Origin: Acidobacteriota bacterium
GTDB taxonomy: Bacteria; Acidobacteriota; UBA890; WLXD01
DNA: 64,000 nt
NCBI GenBank assembly: GCA_965248695.1
Contig: CBDFKD010000002.1
Coordinates: 1,280,001-1,344,000, forward strand
Direction of reading: 5' to 3'
Shown: piece after piece, positions 18,543 through 27,026 of the stretch
Layout: every line of letters begins with the position of its first letter
Position numbering within the stretch: the first letter of the stretch is position 1
Notes under the pieces: generated by a model
What the model saw: only the letters and a program-made list of their open reading frames with translations
Told to the model about the DNA's origin: nothing
Database searches by the model: none
Position numbers and translations under genes: made by a program

Positions 18543-18799
18543 AGCTTCGTCGAGACCTCCCAGGCATCGCGGCCACCGTGCCGGCGGAGTCGATCAGCGA
18601 CCCAGGCCACGTCGGATGCCCCGACGACGTACTGCGGATCGAACGACCAGAAGCACACGGGGTGGAATCGTCGGTACGCTCGGCGCGCCTCACGCACCTG
18701 CACCATCCGCCGCGCTGTTTCCGAGTCCAGCCGGCGACGGCTCCTACGACCGCCGCGACGGCCGATCTCTGCCAGGTAGCGTCGTACGGCTTGATTCAT
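18533..18799 (-). CDS. Small partner of the AbiEii-like protein (putative antitoxin)
   Basis: Overlaps the NTase start; YLAEIGRRGG and CFWSFD...VADRLRRHGG. Confidence 0.6.
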   Translation of the reverse strand: MNQAVRRYLAEIGRRGGRRSRRRLDSETARRMVQVREARRAYRRFHPVCFWSFDPQYVVGASDVAWVADRLRRHGGRDAWEVSTKLCR

Positions 18800-18804
18800 G
18801 TAGC

Positions 18805-18825
18805 TATCATAACCAGGTTATGATA
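18805..18825. promoter_or_regulatory. Perfect palindromic operator
   Basis: TATCATAACC-A-GGTTATGATA, 5 bp upstream of the start at 18799. Confidence 0.7.
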
Positions 18826-18917
18826 ATCCTACAAGACTTCAAGATGGCAGTCGGAATGACTCGAAGCGCGAAGTGGGATGAGCTGGAGCGCCTAGTCGCA
18901 GCGAAGGGACTCGGCCC

Positions 18918-19184
18918 TCAATAGGAATCGCCGCGCGGAAGGATGGCGTAGATGTAGAGCACCCTTGACTCCCGGTCCGGCGTCCCGAGCACTCGGCAGC
19001 CACCAACTCGGATCCGAACGTCTCCCTTGAGCTTGCCGGTCAGGGGTCGGACGCGAAGGTGTTGCAGCGGCTGTTCCGCGCCTTGGAGATCACGCAGGGT
19101 CTGCTTGATTCGTCGTCGGGTTGGCGCGTCGAGCCTCAGGTACTGCTTCTCGGCCGACGGCTTGACCTCAATCCGCCAGCTCAT
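18918..19184 (-). CDS. RelE/ParE-family toxin
   Basis: WRIEVKPSAEKQYLRLD, PLTGKLKGDVRIRVGGCRV and IYAILPRGDSY. Confidence 0.85.
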   Translation of the reverse strand: MSWRIEVKPSAEKQYLRLDAPTRRRIKQTLRDLQGAEQPLQHLRVRPLTGKLKGDVRIRVGGCRVLGTPDRESRVLYIYAILPRGDSY

Positions 19185-19407
19185 CGAGCGGCTTGCCCTG
19201 GGCGCCAGCGTCCACTTCTTCCTTACCGCGGACGATGATCTCGACCCAATCGGGTCTCGAAAGCAGGTCTAGCGTTTCCTGATGCCTCTCGATGTACTCG
19301 TCGATGAGCCCCGAGAGGATCTCCTTCATCTCGATCTTCTCGATCCCGGCGATGATCCTCAGGATGTCCCGTTTCTCTGCCGGGATACGCACGGTTGCTG
19401 TCGACAT
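19168..19407 (-). CDS. RHH antitoxin of the RelE toxin
   Basis: MSTATVRIPAEKRDILRIIA...ETLDLLS; overlaps the toxin start. Start set at ATG 19407. Confidence 0.75.
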   Translation of the reverse strand: MSTATVRIPAEKRDILRIIAGIEKIEMKEILSGLIDEYIERHQETLDLLSRPDWVEIIVRGKEEVDAGAQGKPLDELAD

Positions 19408-19424
19408 AGCTCGCTCCCCCAACA

Positions 19425-19464
19425 AGGCTACTGGTAGCCTGAGCTACTAGGCGCCTAGTGTCAA
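19425..19464 (-). promoter_or_regulatory. Promoter with two palindromic operators
   Basis: Minus-strand TTGACA (19464-19459); palindromes AGGCTAC-TG-GTAGCCT (19425-19440) and ACTAGGCGCCTAGT (19446-19459). Confidence 0.65.
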
Positions 19465-19541
19465 CAGGTATCGATCGCAAATGCTCGTCGCGCGGGAGGC
19501 GCTAAGGGGGATTGCCGCTTGCCACAGGGCGTCGGCGGCGC

Positions 19542-19820
19542 CTAGGAAGCTGCTTCTCCCTGTGCTCCCGGGGGATCGTTGTTCCTCATCCTTCGCGCGA
19601 CGGCCTCGATCACGGCTGGGGATAGGTCCGCGGAGTAGAGTCGGATCAGCAGCTGTTCCCGACTCCCGGCTGCTGGCGCCGAGCCGGCCTGGGCGCCCGC
19701 CCGGCTGAGCTCGCAGGCGGCCGAGAACATGCCACTGGCCATACGAATTCGCGCCTCGGGACCGAGCGATCGGAGCTTGGCCCGCAGGATCTGCTCGACC
19801 TCGCGGGATGTGTCTCTCAT
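19542..19820 (-). CDS. Small helical partner of a nucleotidyltransferase
   Basis: MRDTSREVEQILRAKLRSLGPEARIRMASGMF; ATGA-coupled to 19817..20362. Confidence 0.65.
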   Translation of the reverse strand: MRDTSREVEQILRAKLRSLGPEARIRMASGMFSAACELSRAGAQAGSAPAAGSREQLLIRLYSADLSPAVIEAVARRMRNNDPPGAQGEAAS

Positions 19821-20362
19821 GGCCGGAGTTGCTCCAGCGAGTCCGAAACGCCGAGGTGATGGGCCCATCGCGTCATGTACTCGTGATCCAGCTCCTTAGC
19901 CGCCGACAACAGATCGCGAACGTCCCGTTCTTGTAGCTCGGAGGGTGACACCGCAATCCAGCAGAGCTTCGAAAGAACAAGGTCCTCGGGGGTGACGAAC
20001 GCCACGGCCTCCCCGCAGATCGTGAGTCGCCGCCGGCGGTTGAATTCCTTGCGCCGGTACGTTTCGTCGCCACGCACCACGAAGTCGGCCTTGATCACCC
20101 ACTCCGTGTGAATGATGTTGAAGATCGATCGATCGCGGACAGCGTCGCGCACGGCGTCGGGGTGGATATAGCAGTCTGCTTCGAAGAGCGCGACCACCCT
20201 GCCGACATCGCCCGCGTCGAGCTGCACGACCAGATCGATGTCGCGCGTCATGCGGGGTGTTGCGTACGCCGCCAGGGCCATGGATCCGGTCACCATGTAG
20301 GGAATCCCGGCCGAGTCCAAACGTTGGGCGAGCAGCAACAAGAAGCGGAGTTGATCGTCCAC
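19817..20362 (-). CDS. Nucleotidyltransferase-fold protein
   Basis: GIPYMVTGSMALAAY..PRMTRDIDLVV, KADF and TPEDLVLSKL. Confidence 0.75.
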   Translation of the reverse strand: MDDQLRFLLLLAQRLDSAGIPYMVTGSMALAAYATPRMTRDIDLVVQLDAGDVGRVVALFEADCYIHPDAVRDAVRDRSIFNIIHTEWVIKADFVVRGDETYRRKEFNRRRRLTICGEAVAFVTPEDLVLSKLCWIAVSPSELQERDVRDLLSAAKELDHEYMTRWAHHLGVSDSLEQLRP

Positions 20363-20641
20363 GCCCGCAGGCTAGCATGACCTCCCGTCGGCGCCCGAAC
20401 GATGCGGTGCGCGGCCTTATTGCACCGCAGCCACTTGAGGGGCTGTGTGGCGCGTCAACCCCGTAGCACCTCGCGGTGCTCGCACCGATCGCCCTGCTGG
20501 CGTATTGCACGCCGCTGCTGAGCACATTGAGCTTCTGAGGCGTACCTCGTCGGCAACGTTCCAGACAGATGACCCCTGGATCCATTCTTCGGTGGCAGGT
20601 CAGGGATCGCCGCAGACCAATCGATTGGGGACTGCGTCAGC

Positions 20642-21441
20642 TCATTCCTCCACATTCGCGCAGATCACGTACACGCGGAGCTTCCATTCGGGGCGAAGCC
20701 GCTGTTGTTCTGGGCGTTGGTCAACCAACCGGAGCCATCGAACCTCGGCTGAAAATAGGTGGCCCGGCCATCCAGGATGGCGCTGGTGTCATCCAGCACA
20801 CCCCAGCCGGCACCGAGTGCCTTCTTGCCGCCGGGGCAGTCCACCCGCAGCTGCTTGCTGACGTCGGCATTGACCGCAGTTTCGTCGAACACCACCTCGT
20901 AGCCGGTTACGCCGTCGGCTCCCGGGGCTCCGGGTGGGCCCGGAGCGCCGTCGTCACCATCGGCTCCGGGGGGACCCTCTGGGCCCTCCTCGTTCCAGCT
21001 GATCTGCGTATCGCGGGCATTGCAGGTCGTGGCCGGCTCGGTGCCGATGGCGACCTTCTTGATGGCACCGTTCGGCCTCAAGCAGCCCGTGTACACATCG
21101 GCCCTGGATCCGGCGACCGTGCCCCCGGGGCCGACGCTGACATGGAAGTCGGCCGAGCGATCGTCGGCCGTGCGCACCGTGAGCAGGTAGGTGCCGGTCG
21201 ATATCTCATCCGGCAGCCGCGCCCTCACCACCGAGCGCGTGAAATGGGCCACCTCGAGCGGCTTGCCTTCGAGGGTAACGGCCGGCTCTCCGCTGTGGTC
21301 GAACCGCGCCCCCACAATCAGCAGGCTTCTGCCGTTCGGCGACTGCTTGACGCTCAGAATCAGCGGCTTGTCGTCGGCATAGAGGTTCGGTGCCGACAGG
21401 AGGCAAAGAATGACACCGACGATGAGGCTACGTTTGGTCAT
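20642..21441 (-). CDS. Secreted Ig-like + collagen-like protein with an apparent frameshift near the C-terminus
   Basis: Signal peptide and Gly-X-Y run GPEGPPGADGDDGAPGPPGAPGADG. The ORF stops at 20665, but an alternative frame gives EWKLRVYVICANVEE* ending at 20642. Confidence 0.7.
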
Positions 21442-21576
21442 CGTTGACCTCCAGGTGCGTTCTTGACTGGGTGTCGCCGATCTCGAAGCGACGCGCGTTC
21501 ACTGACCGGTGGCATTAAACACCATGCCGAACCCGCCTACGCGGGCATGCCGCACCCAGATCACGCATCAGCTACG

Positions 21577-22803
21577 CTATTCGGTGACCTCGGCCAACCC
21601 ACATGCATTGCGACACGGATCGAGCTGCAGCGCGCTCGCAAGTCGTTGTAGCGCCTCTTCGGCCGCCTTCCGGTCGCGTGCTACGACCGGCTGGCGCTCG
21701 TAGTGTTCGGCCAGCACGTTGAGCCGCCCGGCCTTTCGGTCGGCCTTTAGATCGATACGGCCGATGAGGCGATCGCCGGCGAGCACCGGCAGGCAGTAGT
21801 AGCCGAACTCGCGTTGCGGCGCCGGCTTGTAGATTTCCAACAGCTGGCGGAAGCCGAAAAGCAGCTCGGTGCGCGTGCGGTCCCACAACAGCGGATCGAA
21901 GGGCGACAGCATCAGACCACGGTCGCGACGCGGACGGGTCGATTGCAGTGTCGCGGCGGCTTCGAGGTCGACCGGCCGGATCCAGCCCGGCTTGCGGACG
22001 TCGGGTCCCTCGAGGCGACACGCCACGATCCTGCGGCGCTCGCACAGGCGCTCCAGCGACGCAGTGATCTCGGGGCGCATGTTCCGCAGGCGCCAGGTCG
22101 CGGCCAGCGTGCCGGTGGTGGCCCATCCGTGGGCAGAAAGCGCCCGCAGCAGCAGGGTGTCGATCGACTCCTCGCGCTCGGCCGGATCGGCACGCACTGC
22201 CTCAGGAATCACCCGCTCGGCCAGATCATACTCGCGCTGGAAGCCCACGCGGCGGCTGACCGCGACGTCGCCGCGCGACCACAGCGCCGAGAGCACCTTC
22301 TTGGCGACGCTGAGCTGCCACCAGCCACCGCGGCTCGATACCTGTTCGAAGTCGCCGCCGCGCTGCGAGCCCTGATCGCGCAGCTGATCGAGGATGGCAC
22401 CGGCGACGCGCGGGTGCTCGCCGAGAAGATCGCCCCACCAGGGGTGGACGTTGTAGTGGCGACGACGAAACTCGAAGTGCCGATACAGCTCCATCGGAAT
22501 CCAGCTGGCCTCGTGGCCCCAGTACTCGAACAGCGGCTCGCCCGGCGCCAGCAACGATTCGCCAAGTTCCGGCGAAGCACCGTCGAGCCGCGACATGAGC
22601 ACCAGCGAGTGGCTGCGGGCGCCGGTGATGCAGACGGTGTCGAGCTGCAGGTAGCCGAAACGCCGTATGACGGCGCCGGCCGCGTCGCGGGCGCGTCGCC
22701 CACGACCCGCTGCCCGGGTAGGCAGCCCGGTGCGCTCGGGCCGCAGCAGCCCAGCGCGCGCCACTGCCAATCGCCGCGCGGCGGGAACAGAGATCGTTTC
22801 CAA
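21577..22803 (-). CDS. YcaQ/AlkZ-like winged-helix (HTH_42) crosslink-repair DNA glycosylase
   Basis: YLQLDT, LFEYWGHEASW, LSPFDPLLWDRTR and EIYKPAPQREFGYYCLPVL. Confidence 0.88.
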   Translation of the reverse strand: METISVPAARRLAVARAGLLRPERTGLPTRAAGRGRRARDAAGAVIRRFGYLQLDTVCITGARSHSLVLMSRLDGASPELGESLLAPGEPLFEYWGHEASWIPMELYRHFEFRRRHYNVHPWWGDLLGEHPRVAGAILDQLRDQGSQRGGDFEQVSSRGGWWQLSVAKKVLSALWSRGDVAVSRRVGFQREYDLAERVIPEAVRADPAEREESIDTLLLRALSAHGWATTGTLAATWRLRNMRPEITASLERLCERRRIVACRLEGPDVRKPGWIRPVDLEAAATLQSTRPRRDRGLMLSPFDPLLWDRTRTELLFGFRQLLEIYKPAPQREFGYYCLPVLAGDRLIGRIDLKADRKAGRLNVLAEHYERQPVVARDRKAAEEALQRLASALQLDPCRNACGLAEVTE

Positions 22804-22950
22804 GCCGGCCCTCGTACGGGAAGCCCGCTTCCCGGTCTGGTTAACTAGTGCTAGTGGCCTGCAACAGAGTCTCGGTGCACGAAGTAGAGTTCCAGGGAGA
22901 GACGCGTCTACGCTATCCGAGATGGACGACGCGAGCTGGAGAGATCACTG

Positions 22951-24144
22951 ATGGACGATCAAATGGCCGGTCCGCGGCAGCTGTTCCTGTATCCGCTGCT
23001 GGTCGGACTGGTGCTCGGCGCCGGGTTCTTCCTCGGCCTCGGCTGGACGGCAGGAACGGCGCAACCCGAGGCCCAGCCGGCCGCCCAGCCCGCTTCCCGG
23101 CCAGGGGACACGCCAGCAACGTTGCCGGTTGGCCAGCCAACTGCTAGCGCCCAGCGAGTGATCCCGCGCGGCGACCTGGCATCGTCGGAACTATCGACTA
23201 TCGAGCTCTTCCAGGGGTCCTCGCCTTCGGTCGTCTACATCACGTCGCTCACCGACCGCCGCAACCTTTGGACGCTCGGTGTAACGCGCATCGATCCCGG
23301 AACCGGGTCGGGGTTCGTGTGGGATCAGAACGGCAACATCGTCACCAACTGGCACGTGGTCCAGGGAGCAGCAGCGGCGCGCGTGACCCTGGCCGATCAG
23401 TCCCAGTGGGACGCCCGGCTGGTCGGGGCCGCTCCCGAGAAGGACCTCGCCGTTCTGCACATCGATGCGCCGGGACAACAGCTACAACCGATTTCGCTCG
23501 GCACCTCCGATGATCTGCTCGTGGGCCAGAGCGTCTACGCCATCGGCAACCCGTTCGGGCTCGATTCGACGCTCACCACCGGCGTAATCAGCGCGCTCGG
23601 CCGCGAGATCAACTCGCAGGTAACCGGCGCCGAGATCCGCAACGTCATTCAGACCGACGCTGCGATCAATCCGGGCAACTCGGGCGGGCCGTTGCTCGAC
23701 AGCGCCGGGAGGCTGATCGGCGTCAACACATCGATCGTCAGCCCCTCGGGCGCCTATGCTGGCGTCGGCTTCGCCATCCCTGCCGACACCGTGCGCTGGG
23801 TAGTACGCGACCTGATCCGCTTCGGTCAGCTGCAGCGCCCCAGCTTGGGCATCGAGCCGCTGGCAATCAGCCCCCGGCGACTGGGCGTCGCCGGCGTGGT
23901 GGTACGCAGCGTCGACGAGGGTGGCGCCGCCGAACAGGCGGGTCTGCAACCCACCTACCGGGCGCGCAACGGGCGCATCATGCTGGGTGACATCATCACC
24001 GACATCGACGGCACCCCGATCGCCAGCTGGGGCGACATACTGCAGACCCTCGAACTGCGACAGGCAGGCGAAGTCGTCGCGGTGCTGTTCATTCGCGACG
24101 GCGAGCAGCAGCAAGCTCAGGTAAGGCTGCAGCCGCCACAATAG
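22951..24144 (+). CDS. HtrA/DegP-like trypsin serine protease with PDZ
   Basis: GTGSGFVWD, VTNWHV, DLAVL and IQTDAAINPGNSGGPL; N-terminal TM and C-terminal PDZ. Confidence 0.93.
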   Translation: MDDQMAGPRQLFLYPLLVGLVLGAGFFLGLGWTAGTAQPEAQPAAQPASRPGDTPATLPVGQPTASAQRVIPRGDLASSELSTIELFQGSSPSVVYITSLTDRRNLWTLGVTRIDPGTGSGFVWDQNGNIVTNWHVVQGAAAARVTLADQSQWDARLVGAAPEKDLAVLHIDAPGQQLQPISLGTSDDLLVGQSVYAIGNPFGLDSTLTTGVISALGREINSQVTGAEIRNVIQTDAAINPGNSGGPLLDSAGRLIGVNTSIVSPSGAYAGVGFAIPADTVRWVVRDLIRFGQLQRPSLGIEPLAISPRRLGVAGVVVRSVDEGGAAEQAGLQPTYRARNGRIMLGDIITDIDGTPIASWGDILQTLELRQAGEVVAVLFIRDGEQQQAQVRLQPPQ

Positions 24145-24217
24145 TGAGTAGTGGTATCTTGCGCACGCAACTGGAAGTAGAGCGTTGATCGGTCTGGTTA
24201 CAACGCGAAGGTAACGG

Positions 24218-25372
24218 ATGAAATCCCGGCAGACCGTCGACGTTCTGGTGATCGGCGGAGGCATCATCGGGCTGGCCAGCGCCTACGAGAACCTCCGTCG
24301 CGGGCACAGCGTGCTGCTAGTGGAGAAGGTCCGTCTCGGGGCCGGCGCCACCCATGTCGCCGCCGGCATGCTTGCGGGCGCCGCCGAAGCGGAACCGACA
24401 CAACAGGCGATGGTGCGGCTGGCGGTCGACAGCCTGAAGCGGTACGCGGAATTCGTCGGTGCGGTGGAGTCCGACTCGGGGCTACAGTGCGGCTACGACA
24501 CCACCGGGACCCTGCTGGTGGCGCTGGATCAGGATCACCTCGAGCATCTGCGACACGGCGCCGCCGAGCACGAGCGACTGGGCCTGCATTGCGAACAGCT
24601 CGACGCCGAGGAGATCAGGCGGCGCGAGCCCAGGCTAAGCCCCAAGGTGGTGGGCGGGTTCGCGGCCGATGAAGATCTACAGGTAGATCCGCGCGCTCTG
24701 GCGCGCGCCCTGGCGGTGGCAGTAGAGGCCCGCGGTGGCATCCTGGTGTGGCCGGCGGAGGTGCTCGAACTGCAGTCGGATGGACGCTGGAGAGCCGTGG
24801 TCGAGGTGCCAGGCAACCGCCTGGAGGTGAGCGCCGAGCGCGTGATCGTCGCCGCCGGCGCCTGGACCCGCGACGCTGCCGCGGCCTGCGAGAAGCTCCC
24901 GCTGCGCCCGGTCAAGGGCCAGGTGTTGCGACTACGCGGCGAGCGCCTGCTGGACCGCGTCATCCGCACACCCGACGTCTACATTCTGCCGCGCGCTTCC
25001 GGCGAGCTGGTGATCGGCGCCAGCAGCGAAGAGCAGGGGTTCGACACCAGGGCGGCCGCGGGTCCGGTGATGGAGCTGCTATACAGCGCCTGGCGCGCGC
25101 TGCCGGGAATCTACGAGCTCGAGCTCGACGAGGTCTGTGTCGGGTTCCGCCCGGCGCTGCGCGACCATCTGCCGGCGATCGGCGCCACCGAACAGGAGGG
25201 GCTGTACGTTGCCACTGGCCACTATCGCAATGGCATCCTGCTGGCGCCAGCAACCGCGGTGCTGCTGGCCGACTTGATGGACGGTGGCGATCCGGAGCTG
25301 CTCAAGGGGCTGGAGCCCGGACGCTTCGCGCCTTCAGGGGCCAAGGAGGATACGATTGCGCGCCAGGGTTAA
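24218..25372 (+). CDS. thiO: Glycine oxidase
   Basis: GGGIIG, AAGML, PVKGQ and ATGHYRNGILLAP; upstream of thiS and thiG. Confidence 0.92.
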   Translation: MKSRQTVDVLVIGGGIIGLASAYENLRRGHSVLLVEKVRLGAGATHVAAGMLAGAAEAEPTQQAMVRLAVDSLKRYAEFVGAVESDSGLQCGYDTTGTLLVALDQDHLEHLRHGAAEHERLGLHCEQLDAEEIRRREPRLSPKVVGGFAADEDLQVDPRALARALAVAVEARGGILVWPAEVLELQSDGRWRAVVEVPGNRLEVSAERVIVAAGAWTRDAAAACEKLPLRPVKGQVLRLRGERLLDRVIRTPDVYILPRASGELVIGASSEEQGFDTRAAAGPVMELLYSAWRALPGIYELELDEVCVGFRPALRDHLPAIGATEQEGLYVATGHYRNGILLAPATAVLLADLMDGGDPELLKGLEPGRFAPSGAKEDTIARQG

Positions 25373-25556
25373 CGGCACCGAGCGCGAGCTGAGCCCGGGG
25401 ACGAGCGTCGGCGCGCTGGTGAGCGAGATGGCGACCGATGCCAAGGCGGTGGCGGTGGCGCTCAACCGTGCCGTGATCCCGCGGCGGGAGTGGGACACCG
25501 TGTGCGTGACGGAGGGCGACGACGTCGAGATCATCGCCCCATTCCACGGAGGCTGA
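25356..25556 (+). CDS. thiS: Sulfur carrier protein ThiS
   Basis: AGGAGG RBS, TTG start, VNG...VAVALN...GDDVEII and C-terminal GG. Confidence 0.92.
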   Translation: MRARVNGTERELSPGTSVGALVSEMATDAKAVAVALNRAVIPRREWDTVCVTEGDDVEIIAPFHGG

Positions 25557-25557
25557 A

Positions 25558-26334
25558 GTGAGCCCGGACGGCTTGCGAATCGGCGACCTGGGGCTGCACT
25601 CGCGCGTGTTGCTGGGGTCGGCGATGTACCCGAGCACCCAGGTGATGCTCGACTGTATCGCCGCCTCGGGCACCGAGATCGTTACCGTGGCTTTGCGCCG
25701 CGTCAGCCCGGGTGCAGAAGGCGAATCACTCTACGAGCTGCTCCGTGACGCCGGTGTTCACATCCTGCCCAACACCGCCGGCTGCTACACCGCCGAGGAC
25801 GCCGTACTCACCGCCCAGCTCGGTCGCGAGGCGATCGGCACGGATCTCGTGAAGCTCGAGGTCATCGCCGATGATCAGACTCTGCTGCCCGACGCCGTGG
25901 GGCTGTTGCGGGCGGCTGAGGACCTGGTGCGCGACGGCTTCGCGGTGCTTCCCTACACCAACGACGATCCGGTGCTGGCGCGCAAGCTCGAGGACGTCGG
26001 CTGCGCCGCGATCATGCCGCTGGCGGCGCCCATTGGCTCGGGCCTGGGGGTACGCAACCCGCACAACCTCGGCCTGATCAAGGAACGCGCCACGGTTCCG
26101 GTGATCGTCGACGCCGGTTTGGGCACTGCCTCGGACGTCGCCATCGTCTTCGAGCTCGGCTGCGACGGTGTCCTGCTCAACTCCGCTATCGCCCGCGCCG
26201 GCGACCCGGTGATGATGGCAGGCGCGGTAGCGGCTGCCGCCCGCGCCGGGCGCGAGGCGTTCGGTGCCCGACGCATGCCCCGCAAGCGTCACGCCGAGGC
26301 GTCGACACCGGTCAAGGGAACACCTTGGCAATAG
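25558..26334 (+). CDS. thiG: Thiazole synthase
   Basis: [25 protein letters not shown] and VIVDAGLG. Confidence 0.96.
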   Translation: MSPDGLRIGDLGLHSRVLLGSAMYPSTQVMLDCIAASGTEIVTVALRRVSPGAEGESLYELLRDAGVHILPNTAGCYTAEDAVLTAQLGREAIGTDLVKLEVIADDQTLLPDAVGLLRAAEDLVRDGFAVLPYTNDDPVLARKLEDVGCAAIMPLAAPIGSGLGVRNPHNLGLIKERATVPVIVDAGLGTASDVAIVFELGCDGVLLNSAIARAGDPVMMAGAVAAAARAGREAFGARRMPRKRHAEASTPVKGTPWQ

Positions 26335-26960
26335 GAGGCCGCGACACGCCGCGGCTGTATCTGATCGCCGATCACGAGGTGTGCGGCAGTACCGAACAAT
26401 GGCTGGATCGCATCGCGGAAGCCGTTGCGGCGATACCCGATCGGTTCCCGGCGGCACTGCAGCTACGCGCCAAGGAGCTCACCGAGCTCAACCGCGCGGC
26501 GGTCGTCGAGGCTGCCCTGGATCGACTCGGCAACTCGTCGGTGCCGGTGTTCGTCAACGGCAGCGAGATCGACGCCGGCAGCGCCCGCGCGCGCGGAATC
26601 CACTGGCCGGAGAGCTGCATTCCAACCCGGCCACAGCCCGTGCCGGTCGGGTTTCGCCGCGCTGCTTCGATCCACTCGCTTGATGCCGCACGGCACGCGG
26701 CGGTGGCGGGCGCCGAGTTCGGCGTGTTCGCACCGGTATTCGACCCCGGATCCAAGCCCGGACAGGGACGCGGAATCGACGCGCTGCGCGAGCTCACCGA
26801 GTCGGTGGATCTGCCGGTGCTGGCGCTGGGTGGGGTCGGCGCCGAACAGGTCGCCGATTGCCTGCTGGCAGGCGCCGCTGGCGTAGCGGTGGTGAGCGCC
26901 GTGTTCAGCGCCGACGATTCCGGCGCCGCCGTGCGCCAGCTAGCCGACGCCCTTGGCTAG
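26325..26960 (+). CDS. thiE: Thiamine-phosphate synthase / TenI family
   Basis: LYLIAD, LQLRAK, ASIHS, PVF..SKPG and PVLALGGV. Could be TenI rather than ThiE. Confidence 0.75.
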   Translation: MAIGGRDTPRLYLIADHEVCGSTEQWLDRIAEAVAAIPDRFPAALQLRAKELTELNRAAVVEAALDRLGNSSVPVFVNGSEIDAGSARARGIHWPESCIPTRPQPVPVGFRRAASIHSLDAARHAAVAGAEFGVFAPVFDPGSKPGQGRGIDALRELTESVDLPVLALGGVGAEQVADCLLAGAAGVAVVSAVFSADDSGAAVRQLADALG

Positions 26961-27022
26961 CAGGCCGTGGTGAAAGTGCGGTGGGTCTGGCGACAGGGTT
27001 TTGCGAGGCGCAGGCCTGCTAG
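26957..27022. mobile_element. Internally deleted MITE (66 bp)
   Basis: First ~60 bp of 53914-54192 joined to TGCTAG; CTAG at both ends; contains the thiE stop. Confidence 0.8.
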
Positions 27023-27026
27023 CCGC

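Noticed and set aside
11617-20400. Integron cassette array explaining the TA cluster
   Set aside because: No integrase, no repeated RYYYAAC..GTTRRRY attC sites that I could see, and mixed gene orientations.
20400-20640. Possible transposase or methylase remnant (SSGVQYAS; LDPFFGG)
   Set aside because: Matches are only a few residues long, with no supporting context.
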